A stretch of DNA of 64,000 nucleotides from positions 32,001-96,000 of the IMG/VR virus record IMGVR_UViG_3300033074_001927, one strand, 5' to 3'. Under the pieces are notes generated by a model. The model worked only from the letters and a program-made list of their open reading frames with translations. It was not told the origin of the DNA and searched no databases. Origin of the DNA: a virus. Its lineage: Duplodnaviria; Caudoviricetes. A program made the translations under genes and the position numbers. The number at the start of each line of letters is the position of its first letter. Position 1 is the first letter of the stretch. Below, one piece after another: positions 18,135 to 28,700 of this stretch.

Positions 18135-19558
18135 TAGAACTCTTCTTCCTTCACGCTTGAGAACTTCTTGAGTTCAACATCCACCTTCTTTTTTATTTGC
18201 GAGACAACGCTTTGCGTCTCACTATTCTTTTTATCTTCTTTGAACTGTCCACAAGACTTATCAAAGTGCACATTTATCCATTCGCCAAAATCATGACCAG
18301 GCCCATTTCTCGAATAGGTAACCTCCATTGCGTGGCTTCCTCTGGCCTGACCATCAGTCTCTATTTCTTCTGGTTTTTTTGGCCTTAGTATCGTAACAGA
18401 ATCAACGTTGTGGACTATTCTGTCTATACCAACCTCTTCTTGCTTATTTAACTGGCCCAAGGCTATTATAGGAACATTAAGTCCTGCAGCACAATCATGT
18501 AGCCCGCTTAGTAAGAGTCCTATAAGCTGATACTCTTGCATATTTTTTCCAAGGTCATTTGATGACATTAGCTTAATGTAGTCATATATTACTAAGCACT
18601 TTGGATCATCTCCAATAAGTGGTCCACCAAAATTTTTGTATACAAACTTTCTTATTGTTGGAATAACATAAGACAATGGGCGACCAGCTATGTTTTTGTA
18701 GTAAAGAGGTGCGTCTTTAACTAGATCAAATGCACGATATATTTTATCGACCATCGATCTGTTGCCCTTCCACTGCCCAGACTCAATTATGTTGTATGGA
18801 ATTCCACTTATGATTCCGCACAACCTCATCTGCTGCTGCCTAGCCTGTAGTTCTGTATCTAGATACAATACTGGCTTTTTCTGCTCTATTGCTGCCTTAA
18901 ATGCAGCCCACATAGAAAATTGAGACTTTCCAACTTTTGATCTTGCAAATAGTCCTGTTATAGCCCCATTCCTTATGTGACCAATATCTTCTTGCCAGCG
19001 AGGAAATCCAACATCTATGCCTATCTGTCCATCTCTGTCTGCATAGAAATTTACAGTATCTTCAAATCCATTTGACAGCAAGTCTATGTCGTCTGCGCTG
19101 CCGTCAATAGACTTTAGACAATCTAGTATGGAAGTCTCTACCATCGACCTGAGTTCTATAGAAGGACCAACATATTCATCTATATCCTGCTTTAGATCAT
19201 CACACTTATTTATTAGCGCACGTTTAATTGACGCCTGTTTTACGTCTGCAACATACCTTTTTAGGTTAGATGGATTTGTTGACATCTTACAGATAGCGAA
19301 AACAAGTTCTCCACCAATCGTCTGTGTAAGAAAGTCTGATAAGCCCTTTGCTTCTGCTGTTGACAGAATTAGATACGGGTCTATTGACGTCTTTCCAAGA
19401 CCTGGTGCCAGATCCTTCACTATAGTAAAGATCATTGATGATCCTGTGTTTGAAAAATCTGCCTCGCTAATTATATCATTGATCTCAAAAAGTTTTTCTG
19501 GATCTTTGATTATAATAGAAAGAATGGCGCGCTCAGCACCATGAGCCTCAGTTGACAT
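18134..19558 (-). CDS. dnaB: Replicative DNA helicase
   Basis: AERAIL N-terminus, Walker A ARSKVGKS, YLDTE, IYDYIKLM, QLN, RNGP. Confidence 0.92.
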   Translation of the reverse strand: MSTEAHGAERAILSIIIKDPEKLFEINDIISEADFSNTGSSMIFTIVKDLAPGLGKTSIDPYLILSTAEAKGLSDFLTQTIGGELVFAICKMSTNPSNLKRYVADVKQASIKRALINKCDDLKQDIDEYVGPSIELRSMVETSILDCLKSIDGSADDIDLLSNGFEDTVNFYADRDGQIGIDVGFPRWQEDIGHIRNGAITGLFARSKVGKSQFSMWAAFKAAIEQKKPVLYLDTELQARQQQMRLCGIISGIPYNIIESGQWKGNRSMVDKIYRAFDLVKDAPLYYKNIAGRPLSYVIPTIRKFVYKNFGGPLIGDDPKCLVIYDYIKLMSSNDLGKNMQEYQLIGLLLSGLHDCAAGLNVPIIALGQLNKQEEVGIDRIVHNVDSVTILRPKKPEEIETDGQARGSHAMEVTYSRNGPGHDFGEWINVHFDKSCGQFKEDKKNSETQSVVSQIKKKVDVELKKFSSVKEEEF

Positions 19559-20003
19559 ATTTATCTCTACTCCTTCTATCTGCCATTCTTTTCAATGTAT
19601 CTATTTTAAGCCAGACGCCCTCGCATATCGGCTCTAGCATGTCTTTTTTCGCCCTCTCTTTCGCAATTGTGTCCTCCATCTTTGCATATTCTATATTAGA
19701 GGCTAGCACCAATGCTTTCTTTTCTTGTACATACCCTGTCTTTATTTTATGTGACTCGAAAGCTACAACTCTTTGCAAAGAAGTGTCTATGTAGTTTATC
19801 CTACTATTAAGTTGGCCAAGCTGGTATTTAAGGTACAGATAGTAGGAAGATAGTATTAATATCTGTCTATCTAGTTCACGCGGGCCCATAGAGTCAATTT
19901 CTGCCGGCGTAGCCTCTAGCGCATCGATAAGTTCATCTTCATCTCCCCTGCTTATTCTATCTATACAAACCGATGCCTTCCAGCTTTCTATTTCTTCTTT
20001 CAT
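19548..20003 (-). CDS. Helical protein, possibly a UvsY-like recombination mediator
   Basis: All-helical 151-aa protein between the recombinase and the helicase; assignment rests on context. Confidence 0.4.
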   Translation of the reverse strand: MKEEIESWKASVCIDRISRGDEDELIDALEATPAEIDSMGPRELDRQILILSSYYLYLKYQLGQLNSRINYIDTSLQRVVAFESHKIKTGYVQEKKALVLASNIEYAKMEDTIAKERAKKDMLEPICEGVWLKIDTLKRMADRRSRDKYVN

Positions 20004-20425
20004 TGCGCGCTACTCCGCTTGACGCTATTTCTTATACTCATCAACTGGTCTACTACGTTCTTTTCGTCGTACCGTATGATGTTGTATTGAATGTTATTTA
20101 AGTCGCACCACAACTTCTTTTTATTATCTCTTGCTTGAGACATTTTAAAATCTGCGGCATCTTTGTGAAAGAAGCTGCTATAGCCATAGTGTTGCTGGCC
20201 ATGAACCTCTATTGCAATCATCAGTCTTGGCAAGAAAAAGTCTATGTATAAGTTGTCTATAGGTATATAGAATTCTTCAAGAACAATCTCGTTAACAAAA
20301 ACAAGTCCTATAGCCTTTGAAACAGCCTCCTGCAAAAAGCTTTTGTGTTTTCCATCATCTTTTTTATTTTTAGACGGTCGCAGGTTTATAGAATAGGTCT
20401 TTCCTGTAGTCGACACAAACTTCAT
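20000..20425 (-). CDS. DUF559/Vsr-like endonuclease
   Basis: YIDFFLP...AIEVHGQQH...RD..K..WC. Confidence 0.8.
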   Translation of the reverse strand: MKFVSTTGKTYSINLRPSKNKKDDGKHKSFLQEAVSKAIGLVFVNEIVLEEFYIPIDNLYIDFFLPRLMIAIEVHGQQHYGYSSFFHKDAADFKMSQARDNKKKLWCDLNNIQYNIIRYDEKNVVDQLMSIRNSVKRSSAQ

Positions 20426-21435
20426 TATATCAGTTCTTTTATCATGCCATTTATGATGGCCCTAAATTCTGCATCTTCTTTTAGCATTTTTACCAATTCT
20501 GCTTCCCTAAACTTTTTATCTCCACCAGGAATTGTATACCATCCGCCGCTATAAGATCCTATAACGCCAACATCAACGGCGAATTCCAACAAATCTAGAT
20601 CTTCGTCTATACCCTTCCCATATACTAGCGGGAATTCTATAGTGACAAATGGTCTATTAACATTGTTTTTTACAACTGTAGCCTTTACCTTCTGGCCATA
20701 CTGCTCTCCTGTTTTTGTGTCTTTCATAGCTCCAGCAGCCAAAGTTTTTAGCTCTATTCTTTGCGCTGCTCTATTTTTAATAGCGTTGCCTCCATGAGTA
20801 GTCGTAGCGCCACCATACGGATTCATTGTAGCCGTGAGATGATTCAAGAAAATAGTCACGCATTTGTTTCTAGAATTTATTCCAGTAAGTTTTCTAACAA
20901 GCTTGTGACACAATCTTGCAACCTCTCCCATACCACTTCTATTGAAGCCCTCAGCATCTTCTGCCTCCGGAAGAAGACCTCCAACAGAGTCAAGTATTAT
21001 AACACATCCAGGACATGATATCATTATGTCATGCATTATGTTTAGAGCCTCTTCTCCATTGTCTGGAAAAATAAGAGTTATTTTACTCTTGTCAAGGCCA
21101 CTAATCATATTCAACTGAGATTCTCTTAGCTTATACTCAAGATCTAAATAAAACACCCTCTTGCCCATCTTAATTGCATGCTTAGCAACATTTAGTGCGA
21201 GTGTTGTTTTGCCAGCCGTTTGCGGCCCATATATTTCTACCATAGAGCCTTCTAAGAAGGGCCTATTAAGGGCCCAATCCAACTTTACCGAACCGGTGGA
21301 TATGGACAAGAGGTCGTCATCCTTAAAATCTGTCCCCTCTTTTACTTTGACTCCCCACTGCTTCTTAAACGCCTCTATATCAAACTCAACAGATGGTTCT
21401 GGTGCGGCGCTGTCTTCTTTTTTTCTTCTACCCAT
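20425..21435 (-). CDS. recA: RecA/UvsX recombinase
   Basis: ISTGSVKLD, VEIYGPQTAGKTTLAL, IILDSV, GGNA, VVKN. Confidence 0.95.
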   Translation of the reverse strand: MGRRKKEDSAAPEPSVEFDIEAFKKQWGVKVKEGTDFKDDDLLSISTGSVKLDWALNRPFLEGSMVEIYGPQTAGKTTLALNVAKHAIKMGKRVFYLDLEYKLRESQLNMISGLDKSKITLIFPDNGEEALNIMHDIMISCPGCVIILDSVGGLLPEAEDAEGFNRSGMGEVARLCHKLVRKLTGINSRNKCVTIFLNHLTATMNPYGGATTTHGGNAIKNRAAQRIELKTLAAGAMKDTKTGEQYGQKVKATVVKNNVNRPFVTIEFPLVYGKGIDEDLDLLEFAVDVGVIGSYSGGWYTIPGGDKKFREAELVKMLKEDAEFRAIINGMIKELI

Positions 21436-21871
21436 CTAATTTTTCCATTTCGTTTAATTTTAAAAAAAGACTTTGTCTTGGCGAAACATTATTTTCCCGA
21501 TGTCTAAAATCTCCGTCAGCAATCGGAGGCTTAAAGGTGGCAGGGCTGTCATCTTTCGGAGACATTATTCGATTTAATCGCTCAACTGCTTTTTGAAGTT
21601 TTACCTCAACATCTCCATAGGAAGTAAATGTCTGAATGTCTTTGTTTGCCACAACAACAAATTTTACAACATCTTCACCATATCTCTTAATAAACGTAGA
21701 TACGGCCTTCAGCTCATTTACAAACTGCCATTTAAATTTCTGAACTTTCCAAAATGCCTCTGGTAAGCGCCCCTTGTGCTTCCTGTACATTACCAGCTCT
21801 GCAAGCCATTGACGAACAGGTAGGAAAGAGTTTGGTGTCGTCGCTGACGGAAGTTTATTCTGCTTAGCCAA
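21428..21871 (-). CDS. Hypothetical protein, first gene of the replication block
   Basis: 147-aa ORF with TTG start preceded by GGAG; overlaps the recA start. Confidence 0.7.
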   Translation of the reverse strand: MAKQNKLPSATTPNSFLPVRQWLAELVMYRKHKGRLPEAFWKVQKFKWQFVNELKAVSTFIKRYGEDVVKFVVVANKDIQTFTSYGDVEVKLQKAVERLNRIMSPKDDSPATFKPPIADGDFRHRENNVSPRQSLFLKLNEMEKLDG

Positions 21872-21949
21872 TATTTAACGCTCCATCCGGTACTACCGTT
21901 TTCATATACATCTCCTGTATACTACTGCTGTGTACCTGTACATTAGGGG

Positions 21950-22276
21950 TTAAAATGGCAGCGTCCAATCTTTCTTTATTACGATAGAAAAAAAGTTTGG
22001 CGATTCTTCTGAACCAATATTACATGTTACTATGTTGCCAGAAGATAGGTCTGAATTGCGAACACAATCTAATTTTTTTCTAGTAATCTCTGGTGGCTCA
22101 CCATTTATTTTTGCAGCAATACGAATGCGCCTCAGTGTATCTTTGATGTCTATATCGCACGCGTCTGTTTGCGGCTGGTTGCCAACCGTAGTAACATGCC
22201 TGGCTGGCTCTGACAATTCATTAGAAGCCCCCTGTTGAACAGTAAAATGCTCATTGGGTACTTGTGCACACGGCAC
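21950..22276 (-). CDS. Hypothetical protein at the end of the tail module
   Basis: 108-aa ORF with AGGAG directly upstream of a GTG start. Confidence 0.6.
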   Translation of the reverse strand: MPCAQVPNEHFTVQQGASNELSEPARHVTTVGNQPQTDACDIDIKDTLRRIRIAAKINGEPPEITRKKLDCVRNSDLSSGNIVTCNIGSEESPNFFSIVIKKDWTLPF

Positions 22277-22311
22277 TCCTGTTAATTTTGGCCTTCACCT
22301 TCTTTTGGACA

Positions 22312-24105
22312 TTATTTTGCTCCGCAATTACCGAACTTTGTTGTTGGAACTGGTGGAGGGTCATTATCGCAAGCGCGACCAGCGACAAAGTTCTCATCAT
22401 CCATGCACGGCCCCTGAAGGTGTGTTCCGTGACAAATAGCGCAGTCTAGTGCTGGAACTCTGCCAAGAGTTAGTGTGCAACTTCCAACACTTATTCCGCC
22501 AAGAGGTAGATTTATTACTGGACCTGACTGTCCACCAATAATAGGTGAAAACAGTTCCGCCTCGCATCCACAGAATTCTAGTGCGGCCTTTATATTTGCA
22601 ACAAGCTGGTTCATGGCTGTTTGAACGTCGGACTTCAGCTTACTTATCTTGTCATTTGTTGAAACTATTACTTGATTAACATAGGTTGTGGTAGATGCGG
22701 CCAATCCCTGAACCTCTCTATTCAAGCAGTCAATGGCCACACCAACGCTAAGAAAATTGCCATCAATGGCACCCTTAAGATTTTCTGTATAGCGAGTTAT
22801 TTCATTACAAGTCTCACTAATTCTTACCGCCAAATTGATGTCGTTTTGTACAAACTTTAAGAAGTGTTGGCCGACTAGCTCGCACTCATCTATTTTTATT
22901 GCAGGAACCCACATTCTATCGGGTTCATCCGAAACTGGACCGGCTGGCAAGTCTCTTGGGTCAGATCCGGCAGATTCGCAATAGTTAAGACTGACATCCA
23001 TCCACAACATTTCACCAACAAAATATTTACCACTGTTTGGCTTGCAACACACATCTTCTTCTGATGCTTTGGCTCCAAACTTTATTGGCCCGTCTTTTCC
23101 AATTTCTTGAAAGAAATGAACTGTGGTGCGTATGTCTATGGCCTCTCCATCACCCGTTATTTCTCCACCTACGCTACATTCTTCTCCTTTTGGATGCAAG
23201 TCATCATCTGTTGATATAGAGTGAGGTATGATAAAGACGCTTGACAGGCTTGCCGCACCATTCTCTTCTTCATCGAAAAGTCTGTGCGTTAGTTTTGTCA
23301 TTACCTCTGCTGTCTGGGCTCCCTGAGTTCTTCCATTAGTTGCAGACTTCTCAAAAGTCTTTCTTACCCACCAAACGTCTTCTAGACGCCCCCTAATAAA
23401 TGGGTAGCCCTGATCGCTGTCAGGGTTCGTGCCAAACACCCACGTACCAATGCCGACATCTTGGTTGTCAGCAACCAGGTCGTTGTAGGCCGACCACACA
23501 CCTCTTCTGTAGTCCCATCGATAATCAACCGGGCCAAACTTCCATGTTTCACGAGCCAGCTTATGAACCTCGTCATTTCTCCTGCCTGTGGAGTCCTCAG
23601 ATGTTTGTGGATCTGTTGGAAGACCATCAATCGTTCTTCCCCACCCACCAGCGATGGAAGGTATTCTTACTCCGATACCTCTTACGCCAGTTATAGATCC
23701 GTATGTTTCCTCGTCATCATATTCTTCTATGGTTGGTTTGCTGACAAGCATGGAGATTTGTTGAATATCTGCCTCGTCTGTTGATACAGGTATCCATGTA
23801 TTGTTGTCGAAGGCATTAGATGAGCCGTCTCTATATATGCCGTTCAGACTTATTGAATCTATTGCTTCCTGAATTTTCTGGCCATTTATTATTGCCATTG
23901 TAGAGTCTAAAGAGGCGCCAAACGTAGATTGCCATGCGTCTGTAAATATTCCTGGCGGATTAAGGTCCACATACATTGGAGGGCCGTTTGGTACAAGCTT
24001 GCCAGCAGTTGTTTGCTGAGCAACGCTTGGCTGTCGTCCGCTAATGGCGTAAGAAGCTCTGTTGTAATCTAGACCGTATAGAAAGTCTCTATTTACATTA
24101 TCCAA
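22312..24105 (-). CDS. Tail-tip protein, Cys-rich C-terminus with coiled coil
   Basis: Last large gene of the tail operon; many Cys (CC, CGC, CAICH) and a heptad segment. Confidence 0.55.
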   Translation of the reverse strand: MDNVNRDFLYGLDYNRASYAISGRQPSVAQQTTAGKLVPNGPPMYVDLNPPGIFTDAWQSTFGASLDSTMAIINGQKIQEAIDSISLNGIYRDGSSNAFDNNTWIPVSTDEADIQQISMLVSKPTIEEYDDEETYGSITGVRGIGVRIPSIAGGWGRTIDGLPTDPQTSEDSTGRRNDEVHKLARETWKFGPVDYRWDYRRGVWSAYNDLVADNQDVGIGTWVFGTNPDSDQGYPFIRGRLEDVWWVRKTFEKSATNGRTQGAQTAEVMTKLTHRLFDEEENGAASLSSVFIIPHSISTDDDLHPKGEECSVGGEITGDGEAIDIRTTVHFFQEIGKDGPIKFGAKASEEDVCCKPNSGKYFVGEMLWMDVSLNYCESAGSDPRDLPAGPVSDEPDRMWVPAIKIDECELVGQHFLKFVQNDINLAVRISETCNEITRYTENLKGAIDGNFLSVGVAIDCLNREVQGLAASTTTYVNQVIVSTNDKISKLKSDVQTAMNQLVANIKAALEFCGCEAELFSPIIGGQSGPVINLPLGGISVGSCTLTLGRVPALDCAICHGTHLQGPCMDDENFVAGRACDNDPPPVPTTKFGNCGAK

Positions 24106-26704
24106 AGGTAAACGCTCCTCCTCTCATTGGATTCCCACCATTTCCATTGAGAGGCTGTTTATTGACGGGCACATTGTAAGAAGACATAAAGTTAGTAAGA
24201 CGCTCTGGCAATATTCTGGCACCACCGCTATTTAGAAACAGAGCAATAGTAGCCCAGTCTTCTTTTGTCAGCTCTCCAAATTTCCTTGTATATGACTGTA
24301 ACTGGTATGTTGTTGTACATCCACCGTCAGTGCTAAAAGTCATTGAAATAGAACTTATGTTAGAATTTCTATCAACAGCTTGTCCAAGAGTATATTTTGG
24401 ATATGATTCCACTGCTATTGTGCCAGAGAACAGCTCTTTTTGTGCAGACGCAATGTTGTCAACCTTGGCTTGCATGGCAAGAGCCATGAGCGATATTGAA
24501 CCAAATTCCCACGGAGCAAACCCATCATCCTGAATAACTTCAAGACGACCGAACTCTATTTCATTGATGCGCGACGGAAATATTGGACCATAGCGCAAAT
24601 ATCTAGAACGGGTCGGTATGTATACGTTAACTGGTTGGTATGCCTTTGGATGACTTATTGTAAACCCAGGGCCAACAACGGATGCTATGTTTTGCGCTAT
24701 CTTGCTTACAACAAATGCCTGGTTTCCATCTGCCTCCACGCCTATCACGTCTTCGTTATTTACTTCATTTCCGCCATTTATTCTTGCCTGTATCGCAGAG
24801 ATTTTTGCCACAACGCTTGTTCTTTGAGAACTAACTCTATCCAGCTCTCTTATTTTGAGAGTTCTCTTAGTTCCATCTAGAAGTTCATCAATCTCAGCAT
24901 TAAGATCTCTTTGCCTGATCGCTAGAGATTCCTCCCTCTCTTGTAGTGCGCTTAATTTTGATAGCAGATAGTTTGATGTGTCAGACTCAGCTATGTTTAT
25001 TATTTGCTTAAGTGCATCGTCAGCCGATGGATCTAGAGTTTTTTCCGTAATTGGTGACTCTATTCTCACAACGCCATCCTTATCTATTGTGCATGCAACA
25101 AATATGGATGTTGTTGGAGATGCTGCCTCGTAAGTATAGTGGGACTTATCCATTTTTATTACATAGTTGGTAGGATCGAGTACGTCGTTTTCCATTCGTA
25201 TGATGGCATTATTTGGCTCGACGCCAGTATTTTCGAAGGTTTTGCCATAGGAGGTTATGTTTCGGAAAACAACACTATCTCCAAAAGATTCTCTAGGAGT
25301 GGATATAACATTTATTACTCCTGTAGGCGCTCCATACAAGAACTCTACAAATGCCCTCGTCCTACCATCTTCCTGTCTAAAATATTCTAGTGGGTTGTTG
25401 TTAAAGCTAGTTGCATCTCTTGTCCAACACGATTCTATGATTTCATCAAAAACATCCTCGTGAACAAAACGCTTACCATATGTTGATGTCGCATGTCCGC
25501 TTAGCTTTTCATAAACCTTTCCCACCACCTCTGAAAAGTCCGTTTGCAGATCCCTAGTTTTTCTATTTTTGTTTTTGAAAAGATTGTTAACGCTTACATT
25601 TTCTTGAACATCTGCAAGATTTGGTATTATTGTTTTTGCATACGAGTCTAACAGCGTCCCACCATACCTAGAGAATCCACCACCTCCTCCGCTTTCTGCC
25701 GGTATTGTTATCCACGCCTCCCACGACTGCTTACCTCCTAGAACAGCCCTCATTTCATCTTCGGTCATCAGGTACGCAGCAGATCCGCTCTCCTGACTAA
25801 GATCTAGAGGCTCATTAGCAAGTCCAGCTATCGGAACTCTTTTAATAGATTCTATAGCAGCCCCAAGCAAAACCGCACATGCAGAGTCGGTCTTGAGTTC
25901 AACTCCAGACGTTGCAGTAATTACCTTTTCTGGATGATCGTCTAAAAATTCTTGCAAACTAAGTTCTATATTGTCTTCTTTTCTATCTATTACCTTAACT
26001 GTAACAACAATTGTGTTATTTACCACAGAGCTTTCAACAAACCAGTCAAAAGAGTTCTTTTGTGCAATGTCTTCAATGACAGAAGATAGCGGCGAAAAGT
26101 TGGTATTGATTAAAAAGTCGCCAGACACATAGTTGTCAACTTCACTTAAATCGAAACTGTATGTGTCTCCCAAGATATTTACTGTCTGCTGCGGGAAGCT
26201 AAATGTAAAATTACCAATAGTAAGCGAGCCACCGCTTATTGCTTTTGAAAAGCTTCTATATGGCATTCCAGCCTGTGTCCAACCAGAAAAGTTCCAGGCT
26301 TGAGCATCTACGCTAAATGCTCCAAATACATCTATAAGTTTACAGTTAGTATTTCTTACGCCATCTATTATAGCGCTTGATCCTGGATTGATAATAACAG
26401 GTAGGTTAGACATTATTTGTCGTGGATCGCTAATATTTATTCTTATAAATCTACCACCAACATTCCTTAAGTCCAGATCATATTTTGTTATGATTCCACC
26501 AAAGCTCCAATTATTCCCAACTTCTACTGTGTAGTATCTGCCAACCTCTGGGTGCTGGAAAGCAAAGCCGTTCTGAGGGTCTTCGGCCAATGTGACGGTT
26601 ATTGAACTAGGGTTGCTTGAAAAACCAGTATTTGCGCTAATATGCTTAATATATGCGCCTAAAAACGTTGGTGGAGAATTCAGTCCAAGAGTTGTTACTG
26701 TCAT
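24098..26704 (-). CDS. Tail-tip/baseplate hub-like protein
   Basis: Downstream of the tape measure; N-terminal hub-like pattern (SSITVTLAED...FGGII...INISDPR). Confidence 0.55.
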   Translation of the reverse strand: MTVTTLGLNSPPTFLGAYIKHISANTGFSSNPSSITVTLAEDPQNGFAFQHPEVGRYYTVEVGNNWSFGGIITKYDLDLRNVGGRFIRINISDPRQIMSNLPVIINPGSSAIIDGVRNTNCKLIDVFGAFSVDAQAWNFSGWTQAGMPYRSFSKAISGGSLTIGNFTFSFPQQTVNILGDTYSFDLSEVDNYVSGDFLINTNFSPLSSVIEDIAQKNSFDWFVESSVVNNTIVVTVKVIDRKEDNIELSLQEFLDDHPEKVITATSGVELKTDSACAVLLGAAIESIKRVPIAGLANEPLDLSQESGSAAYLMTEDEMRAVLGGKQSWEAWITIPAESGGGGGFSRYGGTLLDSYAKTIIPNLADVQENVSVNNLFKNKNRKTRDLQTDFSEVVGKVYEKLSGHATSTYGKRFVHEDVFDEIIESCWTRDATSFNNNPLEYFRQEDGRTRAFVEFLYGAPTGVINVISTPRESFGDSVVFRNITSYGKTFENTGVEPNNAIIRMENDVLDPTNYVIKMDKSHYTYEAASPTTSIFVACTIDKDGVVRIESPITEKTLDPSADDALKQIINIAESDTSNYLLSKLSALQEREESLAIRQRDLNAEIDELLDGTKRTLKIRELDRVSSQRTSVVAKISAIQARINGGNEVNNEDVIGVEADGNQAFVVSKIAQNIASVVGPGFTISHPKAYQPVNVYIPTRSRYLRYGPIFPSRINEIEFGRLEVIQDDGFAPWEFGSISLMALAMQAKVDNIASAQKELFSGTIAVESYPKYTLGQAVDRNSNISSISMTFSTDGGCTTTYQLQSYTRKFGELTKEDWATIALFLNSGGARILPERLTNFMSSYNVPVNKQPLNGNGGNPMRGGAFTFG

Positions 26705-28692
26705 GTTTGAGTATGCGTCCAGGAAACGTTACGAGTAAATACCAGGGTTCGTTTATTAAATGTATACTGATCAGCTGTCTTAAACACCCCAGAGGCTATC
26801 GGTTTCTCGCCCCTCGAGTGTTCAAGCATTGTGTTGTTTACCAAAATATCAGATTCGGATAGTGCAGCAAGCTCCAATTGATATTGAGTGGCCGTTGATA
26901 TTGGTCCACAGGTTATTCCGCTTGGGGTCATACTATATTGGATACGTAGACGTTTTTCTCTCTGCGTAACTGTACCTTGGTCCTGCAATATTGGACCGGT
27001 AGACTTGAGTGGTATTGGAATAATCGCAATAACCTGTCCAGGAAGTTGATAATCAACCTCAATGACTTCGTCAGAAATAAGTGGATTGTCTGACAGGTAT
27101 CTATTGTCATACCTGTAGTCGTATGTAACTATGCCTCCGCGCTTATTGTACCCGATCGTTGTGCTTATTGGATTTATTCCAAGACACGATCCGCTTGGAA
27201 TAAGGTCTTCTGCTCTTCCGCGAATAAGCGGCATGATTGTGTTGTAAAATGCGCCAGAAGCGTTAGTGAATCTGTCTGTAGAAGATGTAGAACTTTCTGG
27301 CGAAAGTCCATATACACTACCATTTATGCTTATTGTTACTGTAGCAGTTTCTATGTTTTGTTCCCTGCTTGACTGCCACTCTTCCCAATATCCAGATACG
27401 CTTTGGTCTCTGTATACTTTTGTCAGACTAAAACTTTTTTGCAGATCATCTCTTTCTGCACTAACAGATTCTATATTACCAGAATAGGAGCTAGAAAAAT
27501 ACGGTTCTATATAACTATCAATTGGGTAGTTATTAGCGACACAGTAATTAATGGCGTGCTCTATGCCAGACGTGCTGGACAGGGAGACTCTTGCGGATGT
27601 TGTAACAGACTGAGTAACACTACCATCATCATTGCGCGTTAGTGAGCGCGTTATTGCCCTATCTTGTAGCGGGTCTTGCTGATCAACACCATAGTCTACT
27701 GAGTATGTTACCGTGCCTGCAAACCTGTTATCGGACCTGCTCTTGCTTAAGATGCCCGTAGTACTATAGAAGCTTATTTGTGGAGCTACAATGTCTTCAA
27801 ATGCAGTAATGGCGTTGTCTAGGCGAGAGAATGTATCGTCTCCGTAGCCTTGCACTGTTCCATTGACCGCAGTAGACAGTTGTAGTATCCCACTACCAGT
27901 CAGCTCCCATGAGCTCTCTATGGTCCTGTCGTCTTTATAGTTTCCAGAACTTAATACCCAGCTCTCATCTATAGAATATGATCCGGCCGTAGTGTCTGAG
28001 TTTTCAGAACGAGTATGATTGAACTCAAACAGATTGTCTACATCTAATATTGAAGAAGTGTAGGGGCTTTTAATAAAAAAGCTTAGTGTTTTGTCTATGG
28101 TATTTGATCTAGATAAAACAAAATCTTTTGCATTCTCTAATGCGCCAGTTGGTGCTCCAATGTCATTTATGCCAACAGCGCTTATTGAGTGAGTTACAGT
28201 TACGGTATCATCGTCTTGTTGCTGAAATGCCCAAGTATCAGAGAATGTACTTATCCTTGCGTCGGCGTCTGAATAATGTTCTGTAGAAAATGCAACAGTA
28301 TAGTCGCGCTTAGTAACAATTTGACTTAGATCAAAGTTTATAGAATCTACTCTTACATGTTCCGAAAGAACGGCATAACCAGATGCATCTACGATAAGAA
28401 GATTTCCATAGTCTTCATCTAGAGCCGATTTTAGCTGATCGCTTTTACGATCCAATAGCTCAAGACATGTTGCTTCAGAATTTACACCAGACAACTCTGG
28501 AAGGTCTGGAAGTAACGTGCCTTCAAACGTAAATGTCTTTGTAGTCGCAATCCTTCTTTGCTCGCCATCTATAATGAGAGATGTAGATTCAACGTCTTCT
28601 GACATGAACGGAACCGGACTGAAACAGTAGGCCAGCCCATCTGACCGCCTAATGTAATACATTCTTGTTCCAGAATTAAAATTTACAGGCAT
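26701..28692 (-). CDS. Distal tail/baseplate structural protein with repeated beta modules
   Basis: Position; recurring segments such as VTHSISAVG, AVNGTVQG, INGSVYG, AGSYS/AGTVTY/GGIVTY. Confidence 0.55.
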   Translation of the reverse strand: MPVNFNSGTRMYYIRRSDGLAYCFSPVPFMSEDVESTSLIIDGEQRRIATTKTFTFEGTLLPDLPELSGVNSEATCLELLDRKSDQLKSALDEDYGNLLIVDASGYAVLSEHVRVDSINFDLSQIVTKRDYTVAFSTEHYSDADARISTFSDTWAFQQQDDDTVTVTHSISAVGINDIGAPTGALENAKDFVLSRSNTIDKTLSFFIKSPYTSSILDVDNLFEFNHTRSENSDTTAGSYSIDESWVLSSGNYKDDRTIESSWELTGSGILQLSTAVNGTVQGYGDDTFSRLDNAITAFEDIVAPQISFYSTTGILSKSRSDNRFAGTVTYSVDYGVDQQDPLQDRAITRSLTRNDDGSVTQSVTTSARVSLSSTSGIEHAINYCVANNYPIDSYIEPYFSSSYSGNIESVSAERDDLQKSFSLTKVYRDQSVSGYWEEWQSSREQNIETATVTISINGSVYGLSPESSTSSTDRFTNASGAFYNTIMPLIRGRAEDLIPSGSCLGINPISTTIGYNKRGGIVTYDYRYDNRYLSDNPLISDEVIEVDYQLPGQVIAIIPIPLKSTGPILQDQGTVTQREKRLRIQYSMTPSGITCGPISTATQYQLELAALSESDILVNNTMLEHSRGEKPIASGVFKTADQYTFNKRTLVFTRNVSWTHTQT

Positions 28693-28700
28693 TTGATCAC

